Assembly: GCA_963422365.1 (NCBI GenBank)
Contig: OY729426.1
Coordinates: 2,016,001-2,080,000, forward strand
Source of the DNA: Nitrospirales bacterium
GTDB lineage: Bacteria > Nitrospirota > Nitrospiria > Nitrospirales > UBA8639
Direction of reading: 5' to 3'
Length of the DNA: 64,000 nt
Part shown: in pieces, positions 11,515 through 20,483 of the stretch
How positions within the stretch are numbered: position 1 is the first letter of the stretch
Layout: the number at the start of each line of letters is the position of its first letter
The notes under the pieces: generated by a model
Databases searched by the model: none
Told to the model about the DNA's origin: nothing
The model's input: only the letters and a program-made list of their open reading frames with translations
Position numbers and translations under genes: made by a program

Positions 11515-13404
11515 CTATCCTTGAATGAATTGACTGGCAAAACTTCGGATTTCGTGCCCATTCAGCACATGAAATCGTCGTAAGCGAGCAACCGTTTGCC
11601 CTGAAAACCGTGACAAGGAAACTGAAATGAGTTTGCGTTTGAACCTGTTAGCAATGTATTTCCACCGAGCCAAGGGCGGGATGGGACTCACAAGCGTGAT
11701 ATGCTTTTCCGAGGAATGGAGGGAAGCTCCGGCTATCAGTCGCTCCTCCAAGGTTTGTGAAAAATCGAGCCGGGGATCTTCCCAAATATCCGGAATCGGT
11801 CGAGGTGGAAATTGGAACAGCGTTCCCCCATATTGTGCCTGGCCGATACCTGGTCCGACCATGTTTTCTAAAAACGGGGTGGCATAAAAACAGAGCGTGG
11901 ATTCTTCTGAATGTTCCGCATACCATGTGGCCTGCCACGAAAATTTGGCGGGGTCCGCAGGCACTTCAAATATGAAAACCACAATTTCCACAGTGCCGCG
12001 GGACGGCGGAATTTCCTTCACATAAATGTCTGGCAACTTCTGCTGTGGATTCCAATACCGCAAGGTTTCCCGCATATCAACGCCATCACGAATCGAAGTC
12101 GTAAATTTGTCGACACGGGCAAGATCCTCCCCCAGTAACGCCTTACTTTGTTCACGGACATGGGCCGTCAACCCTTCAATGCGATGGTCTTCCGGTGGCC
12201 AAGAGCATTGCCCTAAAGGATTCCAACGATAGGCCCATTGCTGTCGTTTGCGTGGGTCCTGTCGAGGCTTGAGCGACAACGTTCTCCACAAGACACGCGT
12301 GCTGCCTAACCGATTTTTCGCTCTAGAGACGCGGCCTTCTGGAGATTTGAGTAGGCCAAGGCCTACGGAATACGGTGGAAACGACACGCGCAATGATTCG
12401 TCCGGTTCATACCGATAACGTTTTGCTGTTTCGAGTAGGGTCACGGCAAAATCATCTCCGGCAAATTGTTTGGCCGCAAGAGCCAAGGTATAAAGATCCG
12501 GCGTCAGTCGATGTTCTCCCAATGCAAGGTTCCGAACATAGCGCAAATACATCTGGAGTAACTGAGGCGTTACCCAATTGGCTTCTTGCTGTAAATGGGG
12601 CGGTCGGGTGGCCAACCATCGCATTCGGGTCTCAAGAAGCAGTTCCTTGATCCCATCGATAGATAAATGGGCGTCGGAACGAGCTTCGGCTCGCCTCCGC
12701 TCGAAGAGTTCTGTCAGAAAAGGAAACTCACAGAGAAGAAAATACAACGTGCGGGGTTCTACAGGATGGAGCGTCGGACGTCCTGCCAGGGGTTCGGGAA
12801 CCTCATAAGGCCAACGATTCTGGTACGCATCACGTAGCCAAGGCCAGTCTTCAACGGAACAGACACACAGAATCGAACGATAGTCTAACTCAAGCTCATG
12901 CAGTTTAAAGGCCATCCATTTAATACGCGACCAGCGTTGGCTTTGCGGTTTCGGATACGGGAGAAAGGGCAGTGCGGCACCGGAAAAGGAGGCAAGAGAG
13001 ACACGTTTTAACGCATACGGATCGGGAGCAGGATATTCGGTTGGTTCATACATCATCACATCTCGATCAATGTAGGCCCGATCAATCCCCTCCTCCAAGG
13101 CCATCCGAATCGTAGCAATGACGGGTTGGCAAGGGTCGAGAGGAATATAACTGTGTTCAGAATGTTCGTTGCGATCCGGTTCCGGCATCACCACAAGGCT
13201 GATGACAGGCAGCCGTCTGATGCCCTCCTCAACGAGGTTCTCAACGGAAGCCGGCAAAGGCAGACTGACACAAGCAAACCGATGAGTCAGCCACAGATCT
13301 CGAATGGTCTGGGCAACATCGGCACTGCCGTGACGAATTGGAACAACGTGAAGGCGAGGAGAAAGCCGGAAAACCGCATTGTCCTGTTGCGACAAAGGAC
13401 TCAT
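11515..13404 (-). CDS. Conserved hypothetical partner of MoxR ATPase
   Basis: 629 aa ORF 6 nt downstream of the AAA gene; HVVPIRHGS N-terminus; RDGVDMRETLR segment. Confidence 0.75.
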   Translation of the reverse strand: MSPLSQQDNAVFRLSPRLHVVPIRHGSADVAQTIRDLWLTHRFACVSLPLPASVENLVEEGIRRLPVISLVVMPEPDRNEHSEHSYIPLDPCQPVIATIRMALEEGIDRAYIDRDVMMYEPTEYPAPDPYALKRVSLASFSGAALPFLPYPKPQSQRWSRIKWMAFKLHELELDYRSILCVCSVEDWPWLRDAYQNRWPYEVPEPLAGRPTLHPVEPRTLYFLLCEFPFLTELFERRRAEARSDAHLSIDGIKELLLETRMRWLATRPPHLQQEANWVTPQLLQMYLRYVRNLALGEHRLTPDLYTLALAAKQFAGDDFAVTLLETAKRYRYEPDESLRVSFPPYSVGLGLLKSPEGRVSRAKNRLGSTRVLWRTLSLKPRQDPRKRQQWAYRWNPLGQCSWPPEDHRIEGLTAHVREQSKALLGEDLARVDKFTTSIRDGVDMRETLRYWNPQQKLPDIYVKEIPPSRGTVEIVVFIFEVPADPAKFSWQATWYAEHSEESTLCFYATPFLENMVGPGIGQAQYGGTLFQFPPRPIPDIWEDPRLDFSQTLEERLIAGASLHSSEKHITLVSPIPPLARWKYIANRFKRKLISVSLSRFSGQTVARLRRFHVLNGHEIRSFASQFIQG

Positions 13405-13410
13405 GAATGA

Positions 13411-14373
13411 TTATTTATCGGGATGGAGTGGATCATCAGGTTGAAAAAAGAAATCACCCAATCCTCTGGGGAACGCTTGCTCGCCGATGGCTCGTTTTCG
13501 CTGTTGAGCAAGCCCCTCTAAATCCAGCGCGTCTTCACCAAGAACTTTGATGAGTGCCTCGCGCCAAACCTCATCACGAGACAAGGGATGTGAGGGATCC
13601 TGCGCTAAGCGTTTGAGCGCATATTGCACCACATGAATCCCATCTCTGACTGAAAACCCGAGATCGAGTTGATGCGCCTTTTGCAAAAACTCCACGGTTA
13701 TGGCCAGAATTTCTTGTGGAGAAAAAGGCACATGATAGTGAAGGATAGCCAACTCATGCTCACGGGCCGGAAACTCGAGTTTCAAACGAGGTTGCAATCG
13801 CGAAAGAATATAATCCGGGACTTCATAGGTAGAGGCATCTTCATTCATGGTCACACAACAACGGAAGTCTGGATGGGCTTTGACTTGAATACCGGCCACA
13901 ACGGATTCTATCGAGCGCCGGTGGTCGAGCAAGGGCGCGAGGGAAGCCCAACTTTTTTCATTCATCCGATTGCCTTCATCCAACAAACAGACTCCACCGG
14001 TCACCATCGCGGTGACTAACGGAGACGTTTGGTACTGAATCGTGTTCCCTTCGGCAATCACCGGAGTAATCAAGAGATCCTCAGGTCTCGTATCGGCCGT
14101 ACATTGATAAATATATAAATCCTGTTTCCGCTCCCGTGCGGCGGACATGGCCAAGGTCGTCTTTCCAATGCCCGGCTGGCCAAGGACTCGCGGACAAAGC
14201 GGAAGATCTTTTTCATCAAGAACGAGCCAGCACGCAAGGAGTTGTTGAAGAATTTCACGATCACCGATCCACTCTTGCTGTGACGTATCGGGCTGGGCCA
14301 GACGTAAGAAAAGCCCGTCGACCGCCATCATTCTATGCTGCTCAGGACGTTGTTTGGATTTGTGAGACATCAT
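13411..14373 (-). CDS. MoxR-family AAA+ ATPase
   Basis: Walker A GQPGIGKT, Walker [20 protein letters not shown]. Start codon uncertain. Confidence 0.88.
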   Translation of the reverse strand: MMSHKSKQRPEQHRMMAVDGLFLRLAQPDTSQQEWIGDREILQQLLACWLVLDEKDLPLCPRVLGQPGIGKTTLAMSAARERKQDLYIYQCTADTRPEDLLITPVIAEGNTIQYQTSPLVTAMVTGGVCLLDEGNRMNEKSWASLAPLLDHRRSIESVVAGIQVKAHPDFRCCVTMNEDASTYEVPDYILSRLQPRLKLEFPAREHELAILHYHVPFSPQEILAITVEFLQKAHQLDLGFSVRDGIHVVQYALKRLAQDPSHPLSRDEVWREALIKVLGEDALDLEGLAQQRKRAIGEQAFPRGLGDFFFQPDDPLHPDK

Positions 14374-14589
14374 GCACCGTTTTTTACAAAACCTACGTTT
14401 ACGACACAAACAAAAGCTAACATAGGCGTTCTAGAGGGTCAATGAACCCCCTAGAATGTCCTCTGACATCCCGTGGTGTCGGCATTTGACATTCCAGAGT
14501 ATCTCTATCTATTCTTACCTGCCAAGCCATTCATGAGGATCTATCAATTCCCATCCCTAACCAACACCGACAATTCGCAAGAGAGTCTG

Positions 14590-15135
14590 ATGATGATCTC
14601 AAAACCTCAGTCCGGAGTGCAGTCCGAACATACGCCTCGCTCCTCCTCAACCAGATGGATGGTTCAGGGTAGAATGCTCTGCTTGCTGGGCACAGCCCTG
14701 TTAGCGGGATGCACCAGTACCGAACAATATCAGGCCGAAAAGGCACGGGGCTTAAACTTTCAACGCTTGTTGGCACAAGAGGAACGACGCGTCAACGCAT
14801 TGAACACCCAATTGGCACAAAAGGAAAAACAAATAGAGGAACTCAATGCCCAATGGGAAGAGACGAAGCGTAAAATAGCGTCGGTGGAATCGCAAAATCG
14901 TGAACTTGTTTCGCAAAACCGTCATCTGACCGTTGAGCTTGACGCCCTTCGAGAGCAAAGCACTCGTCAGCAGGCAAAAAGGCCTGCTGTTGACTCCCCT
15001 GCCCTATCAAGAGGCCTCGACACTCAAGAAAGGCCGCTTTCCGACACCTCGCTTTCAAATCCTTTTATGACTGAAGAAGATCTGATGAATATACTTAAGT
15101 CCGAAGGTAACGCCGGCGGGCCCAAAACTCAATAA
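14590..15135 (+). CDS. Coiled-coil lipoprotein (paralog 1)
   Basis: Lipobox LLAGC followed by a coiled coil; 5' region homologous to the next gene. Confidence 0.75.
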   Translation: MMISKPQSGVQSEHTPRSSSTRWMVQGRMLCLLGTALLAGCTSTEQYQAEKARGLNFQRLLAQEERRVNALNTQLAQKEKQIEELNAQWEETKRKIASVESQNRELVSQNRHLTVELDALREQSTRQQAKRPAVDSPALSRGLDTQERPLSDTSLSNPFMTEEDLMNILKSEGNAGGPKTQ

Positions 15136-15369
15136 GCCGAGACACCGCCCTCAGTATACTCAACGCTTCTGGTTACATCAGTTAAGTAAAGTTTTCTCTC
15201 CCACGTAGAGAAGGAAAACATCGCTTATCGTGTCTCGACATTTGACATTTATGGGCTCTCCTTTTATTCTTAGCATGATATTCGGTATCTCTATTCTAGC
15301 CGAACCATCTGGCACGAGCGAATACCATTTTCTCGCAAACCTAACGGATAAAACCAGAAAGGGAGCCTG

Positions 15370-16011
15370 ATGATGACCCTCACACCTCAATCCAGAGCGC
15401 AGCATCAACAGGAGCCTTGCTTCTCCTCAACCAGATGGACCGTTCAGGGAGGAATACTCTGCCTGCTAGGTGCAGCCTTGGTATCGGGATGTGTGAGTTC
15501 GGACCAATATCAGGCAGAAAAGTCCCGCGCCTTAAACTTCCAACGTTTGTTGTCACAAGAGGAACAGCGGACGAGCGAACTCGATACCCGATTACAAGAG
15601 GCAAAACAGGAAATATCATCGTTGGGATCCCAAAACCGTGAACTTGCGGCTGAGCTTGATGTCCTTCAAGAGCAAATCGGTCGTCAGCAACCAAGTGCCC
15701 CAGCAGGGGGTTTCCCTGTCCCATCAAGCGATCCCGACGCCTCGCGGGAAATGCCTCCTTCAGAACCATCGCTTTCAGAATTCGGGCTGAATGATTTTTC
15801 CTTCGATGAGTCGGATTTTAACGACTTCGGTATGGGGAAAACTGATGCTGGCGGTTTGGGAACATCGACCTATTACACGGTTGTTCGTGGAGACACCTTA
15901 TACCAGATTTCTCGTGAATATGGTGTGACCGTTGATCAATTGAAAGCGTGGAATAACCTTACCGACAACATTATTTCTATTGGCCAACGGCTAATCGTGA
16001 GTCCACCGTAA
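15370..16011 (+). CDS. Coiled-coil lipoprotein with C-terminal LysM domain (paralog 2)
   Basis: Lipobox LVSGC; LysM YYTVVRGDTLYQISREYGVTVDQLKAWNNL...IGQRLIV. Confidence 0.88.
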   Translation: MMTLTPQSRAQHQQEPCFSSTRWTVQGGILCLLGAALVSGCVSSDQYQAEKSRALNFQRLLSQEEQRTSELDTRLQEAKQEISSLGSQNRELAAELDVLQEQIGRQQPSAPAGGFPVPSSDPDASREMPPSEPSLSEFGLNDFSFDESDFNDFGMGKTDAGGLGTSTYYTVVRGDTLYQISREYGVTVDQLKAWNNLTDNIISIGQRLIVSPP

Positions 16012-16280
16012 TCGTCCCCATCCTCACCATTGCCCTTTCCTGTTTGAGAAAGCCACCTTTTCTCGATGCTTGTGTTTTACCCTGAGTCGACCCCTCCATT
16101 CTTCAGGAACACCGTCTCATGACCGGAACGACGTGCCACTCTTTCCGTGTCTATTTCCTGTATCAATTGCCACAATGGACATATTTTCTCTTACAAAAAA
16201 GATTACAAGTTAGGGATGTGATGGGTGGGATTATGATTTCGTTCGAGGACAGGGACATGCCCTTAGCGACCAAGAAGAAC

Positions 16281-16303
16281 GCGCCATGAGATGGCGCCAC
16301 TAC
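16281..16303 (-). repeat. GTAG-type REP element
   Basis: Minus strand GTAGTG-GCGCCAT-CTC-ATGGCGC; 17-nt core identical to 19391-19407. Confidence 0.6.
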
Positions 16304-16442
16304 AACAGAAAAAGAAGGTAACTAGCCGCTTATTCTGTCAATGAATGAGTGAACATTGACAAGAATGAATGACAAAGAACGGATTAGAGCCAGTCTTGCC
16401 TACCCTAAGCCTAGCGAAGGGAACGACGTAAAGAAAAAGCTG

Positions 16443-17396
16443 TTAGCCGGCCAACTGGGTCGGTCGTTCTGAAACCGAGGGCAGAGATCCTTGACGGGTG
16501 GAGTGTTCAAACCGATGCCCGTTCACGGTGATGTTCCAATTCCAGTACTCCCCATTTTGCATTGAGTACATTTCTACCTCGATACGGTTGCCGCGTTCCA
16601 CGGAAACGGGTCGGTCGATGGGAAAAAAGGCCAGCCCCCAATGAGAGGCTTTATCCTGAGGACCGTTGGAGATACAAAGCGTCGGGATCAATGCGGATTT
16701 AAACCAACCCGCCAGCCCATGAAACCACCCCCGCCGTTTGGCAGAGATGGAGAAGTTGGCTTTGACTTCTGCCTGTATCGTTTCCGCAAATTGAATCTCT
16801 TCCACACGGAGAGGATCACCAAGGAACGTTCCTTCATGTAACTTCACCGGATGAAAGTTGTTCACCGTCAAGTTGCGAACAGGTGAGAAGTCGAACCCTT
16901 GACATTTGTTCACCCAAAAATCAAGGACGTGTTCATAAAATTGTGGCAGTTCAACTGGCACAAAGAATAAGTCCGCGCTACAGGGAATGAGTGTTCCGCC
17001 TTTTTTGAGAAAACGATCTCGGGCATCAGTGAGAGATCCGATAATCCCCTCTTCAAAACCAAACGTGCCCATCGTCTCCGTGACGATCACATCAGCCTGT
17101 TCAGGCAACTCAACATTGAAAGACAGGTCATTGTAAAACGTGATTCGATCCTGGACCCCGTTTTTCGCTGCCACAAGTTTGGCAATTTCGATGACAGCTT
17201 CACTCTCCATGGCATACACATGACGGGCGCCGGCACGGCAAGCGAAGAAAGAGAGAATGCCTGACCCACAACCTACGTCCACAACCACGTCGCCTGGTTT
17301 GACAACCTGGGAAATAGCTTGACGGTACGCACCGGTCCGTGTCTCATCAACCAACATCGACAGGTGATAATTGATGAAGTCGGTGTACTTCGTCAT
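16443..17396 (-). CDS. Class I SAM-dependent methyltransferase, protein arginine methyltransferase (PRMT)-like
   Basis: HLSMLVDETRTGAY, motif I VVDVGCGSGILS, post-I VYAMES, double-E loop TETMGTFGFEE, LKKGGTLIP and SHW loop. Confidence 0.85.
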   Translation of the reverse strand: MTKYTDFINYHLSMLVDETRTGAYRQAISQVVKPGDVVVDVGCGSGILSFFACRAGARHVYAMESEAVIEIAKLVAAKNGVQDRITFYNDLSFNVELPEQADVIVTETMGTFGFEEGIIGSLTDARDRFLKKGGTLIPCSADLFFVPVELPQFYEHVLDFWVNKCQGFDFSPVRNLTVNNFHPVKLHEGTFLGDPLRVEEIQFAETIQAEVKANFSISAKRRGWFHGLAGWFKSALIPTLCISNGPQDKASHWGLAFFPIDRPVSVERGNRIEVEMYSMQNGEYWNWNITVNGHRFEHSTRQGSLPSVSERPTQLAG

Positions 17397-17419
17397 GAGT
17401 TCTTTCCCCTTCAGCAGAC

Positions 17420-17468
17420 AAAAAAGACGCAACGATCAATTCAACAGGGGCAAACGGATCGCGGCGTC
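17420..17468 (-). terminator. Intrinsic terminator-like hairpin in the 5' leader of the PRMT-like gene
   Basis: Minus strand GACGCCGCGATC...GATCGTTGCGTC followed by TTTTTT, about 24 nt before ATG 17396. Confidence 0.55.
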
Positions 17469-17777
17469 CTACGTGATGGGTTGCTCCATCCTCAGCGCAC
17501 GGTCTTGCTGACTGCCGATTTTCTGAGAATCATGCCCCTATGTATTTTCCCTGGACATACTCCTCTGTACGGCAAGACGGAACCAGCTCATAATCGACGC
17601 TAACACATCTCGAAAAATGAAATCAATGGCCGGCACGGGGGAGTGGCAACTTTTGCGGAAAGCGAGATTGTAGATTCTGGGCAAACCTGTCAGAGAGTTT
17701 TCATCCTTTCTCCTGATTGCTCTTTTCAAGAAACCCTCAAGCTGTTGTGAGACAGAGACACGGGTACGTACCACGGC

Positions 17778-19325
17778 ATGAATTCAAATAGGCAACAACG
17801 CTGGCGTCATTCCTTTCAGGCATTTTGGCACCCGCGTGTCATCACCATGTTGGTTCTGGGCTTCTCGGCCGGGGTCCCTCTTCTGTTGATTTTTTCCTCA
17901 CTCTCGTTGTGGCTGCGTGAAGCTGGAGTCGAGCGTTCGGCCGTCACCTTCTTCAGCTGGGCCGCACTAGGCTATTCCTTCAAATTCGTGTGGGCGCCGC
18001 TCGTCGACACATTACCCCTCCCAGTCCTGACACGCAGGTTAGGACGTCGACGGGGCTGGATGCTGCTTGCGCAATGTTCCATCATTACCGCCATTCTCGG
18101 CATGGCCCTCATCGATCCCGCCAGTGGCCAACTCAGCCTCACATTGATGGCCCTGGTTGCTGTGCTGCTTGGATTTTCCTCCGCTACCCAGGACATCGTG
18201 ATTGATGCCTACCGCATCGAGTCAGCCGATCCCTCGTTGCAAGCCATGATGTCATCTACCTATATCGCAGGCTATCGTATCGGGATGTTGGTTTCGGGGG
18301 CTGGTGCCTTATTTCTGGCTAGTGCTTTCGGGTCAGCCAAAGGTGCCTACCAGTATCAAGCTTGGCAGTGGTCGTATTTCATTATGGCTGCCACCATGCT
18401 GGTGGGCGTGGTTGCAACCATCGTCATTTCGGAACCAGTCGCAAATCGAACAAGCCGCACCTCTCGCTCGACAAGAGAATATATGGGGCTTCTTGTCATG
18501 TTTGTTGCCTCTGTCACCGGCTTTATCATGGTTTTTTACTCTACCGCCGAATGGGCTGAGGAGACCACCAAACTGCTCACAGCAATAGTTGGGACCAAAC
18601 CGTTCGCCGGATTTATAGTCGAAACGGTACGCGTGAGCGCAGGAGCCATGGTGGCATGGGTGTTCGCTACCCTCGTCATTCGATCGGGTATCGCAAGCCG
18701 GGACATAATGGCGGAAACCTATATTGCCCCGGTGAAAGACTTCTTTGGGCGCTATGGACTCAAATCGGCTTTCCTGCTTATTGCGCTGGTCGGTGTATAC
18801 CGAATCTCCGATATCGTGCTGGGAGTGATTGCCAACGTGTTTTATCAGGACATGGAATTCACCAAAACGGAAATTGCCGGCGTCGTGAAAACATTTGGAT
18901 TGTTCATGACCATCGCCGGTGGCTTTCTGGGTGGAATCCTTTCAGTACGATACGGCGTGATCCGTATCCTGTTCCTAGGTGCTCTTCTGTCGGCGACCAC
19001 CAACCTTCTGTTTGTGCTGCTGGCTTCCAGGGGGCATGATCTCAATATGCTCTATCTGGTCATTTCAGCCGACAACCTGTCGGCCGGATTAGCCAGTGCC
19101 GCCTTTGTGGCATTCCTCTCCAGGCTTACGAATATTCAGTTTACCGCGATGCAATATGCCATCTTCAGTTCACTTATGACCTTGTTTCCCAAAATACTGG
19201 GCGGGTACTCCGGAACCATCGTAGACAGCCTAGGCTACTCAAGATTCTTTCTCCTTACCGCATGCCTAGGGCTGCCTGTACTCGCGCTCATTTGGCAGGC
19301 TCGGACTTCTTTAGAAACCAAATAG
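17778..19325 (+). CDS. ampG: AmpG-family muropeptide MFS permease
   Basis: LGFSAGVP, YSFKFVWAPLVD, GRRRGWML, SATQDIVIDAYRIE, FTAMQYAIFSSL. Confidence 0.93.
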   Translation: MNSNRQQRWRHSFQAFWHPRVITMLVLGFSAGVPLLLIFSSLSLWLREAGVERSAVTFFSWAALGYSFKFVWAPLVDTLPLPVLTRRLGRRRGWMLLAQCSIITAILGMALIDPASGQLSLTLMALVAVLLGFSSATQDIVIDAYRIESADPSLQAMMSSTYIAGYRIGMLVSGAGALFLASAFGSAKGAYQYQAWQWSYFIMAATMLVGVVATIVISEPVANRTSRTSRSTREYMGLLVMFVASVTGFIMVFYSTAEWAEETTKLLTAIVGTKPFAGFIVETVRVSAGAMVAWVFATLVIRSGIASRDIMAETYIAPVKDFFGRYGLKSAFLLIALVGVYRISDIVLGVIANVFYQDMEFTKTEIAGVVKTFGLFMTIAGGFLGGILSVRYGVIRILFLGALLSATTNLLFVLLASRGHDLNMLYLVISADNLSAGLASAAFVAFLSRLTNIQFTAMQYAIFSSLMTLFPKILGGYSGTIVDSLGYSRFFLLTACLGLPVLALIWQARTSLETK

Positions 19326-19383
19326 CCTGCCCTGCTTGTCCTGAGCGAGGGGCTTGACGAAGGATGGTGCCTGTATCTTCGAT

Positions 19384-19441
19384 TGTCGCTGCGCCATCTC
19401 ATGGCGCCTCTGCTTGGGCAGCAGAAGATGCTGCAGCGACA
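19384..19441. repeat. REPIN-like inverted REP pair
   Basis: TGTCGCTGC...GCAGCGACA encloses hairpins GCGCCAT-CTC-ATGGCGC and GCAGCA-GAAGA-TGCTGC. Confidence 0.6.
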
Positions 19442-19476
19442 CTGGATCGAAAAGCTCAGAGCTTGCCCTGAGCCTG

Positions 19477-20328
19477 CTAAAGGAAAAGACTTCGCTCATC
19501 ATATCCGACAAGAAAGGGAGCGGCTTCTTCTTGTTCCTCCTGAACGGGATTGCTAAGCATGCCGATGTGTTCAATCTCAATGGTGACCAAGTCACCATCC
19601 TTAAGAAAGATCGGCGGATTTCTTGTAAACCCGACTCCCTGTGGTGTCCCCGTCAAAATAACCGTCCCTGGTAAAAGAGTCGTGCCTTCACTGAGAAAAC
19701 TCATCAGGGTTGGGACATCAAAAATCATATCGGAGGTAGTCGAATCCTGCATGGTTTCGCCATTCAGTTTGGTTGTCATTTTCAGATTGTTGGGGTCAGA
19801 AACATCATCCGGTGTCACAAGACAAGGCCCGAGGGGGCAAAACGTGTCAAACGACTTTCCTCGGCACCATTGTTTTCCTCCACCCTCTTTCTGCCAACGG
19901 CGGGCACGTACGTCATTGGCGCACGTAAACCCCAGCACATAGTCGAGTGCTTGGCTTCGTTCAACGTTTTTCGCAGATTTTCCAATGACCACTGCCAATT
20001 CGCATTCGTAATCGACCTGCCCCGTGGCAATTTTGGGAACGACGATGGGATCATCTGGATCGTTGAGTGCATTGACAGCTTTGATGAACAATACAGGATA
20101 GTCAGGAATCTTCGCCCCCGTCTCTTCAGCATGCTGTCGATAGTTGAGTCCGACGCAAAGAATTGTAGGAGGTGAAACGGGGGCCAACACCTTTTTAATT
20201 TGAACAACCCGATCCGTCACCTCGTACTGGTCGAAGATGTGGCCTTCGATGAGTCGAGCGGATACGTTCGTTGCCCACTCACCATAGTGGATTAGCCCTG
20301 AGTGATCTCGAAACCTGACAATTTTCAT
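19477..20328 (-). CDS. Fumarylacetoacetate hydrolase family protein
   Basis: CVGLNYRQHAEE, VDYECELAVVIG, GKSFDTFCPLGP, VILTGTPQGVG. Confidence 0.93.
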   Translation of the reverse strand: MKIVRFRDHSGLIHYGEWATNVSARLIEGHIFDQYEVTDRVVQIKKVLAPVSPPTILCVGLNYRQHAEETGAKIPDYPVLFIKAVNALNDPDDPIVVPKIATGQVDYECELAVVIGKSAKNVERSQALDYVLGFTCANDVRARRWQKEGGGKQWCRGKSFDTFCPLGPCLVTPDDVSDPNNLKMTTKLNGETMQDSTTSDMIFDVPTLMSFLSEGTTLLPGTVILTGTPQGVGFTRNPPIFLKDGDLVTIEIEHIGMLSNPVQEEQEEAAPFLVGYDERSLFL

Positions 20329-20483
20329 ACACAACCTTCCCGAAAGTAGTATACTCAAAAATGCTCGCTCAGTCCTCCCCTGCCTGCCAGTGATACCAAA
20401 GGAAAGGATCTTGCTTTTTCTACTGAGACGGTTCTCATGAGTTGCATTGACTTGTTTTGAAGCCACATGATACCGTTTCATCT

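Noticed and set aside
17492..17533. 13-aa minus-strand ORF MILRKSAVSKTVR (histone-like RKSA) upstream of the PRMT-like gene as its substrate
   Set aside because: Too short with a weak RBS; a 4-residue match is expected by chance.
20329..20483. trp attenuator leader peptide
   Set aside because: No Trp-codon leader ORF or terminator; a promoter-like signal abuts the trpE start.
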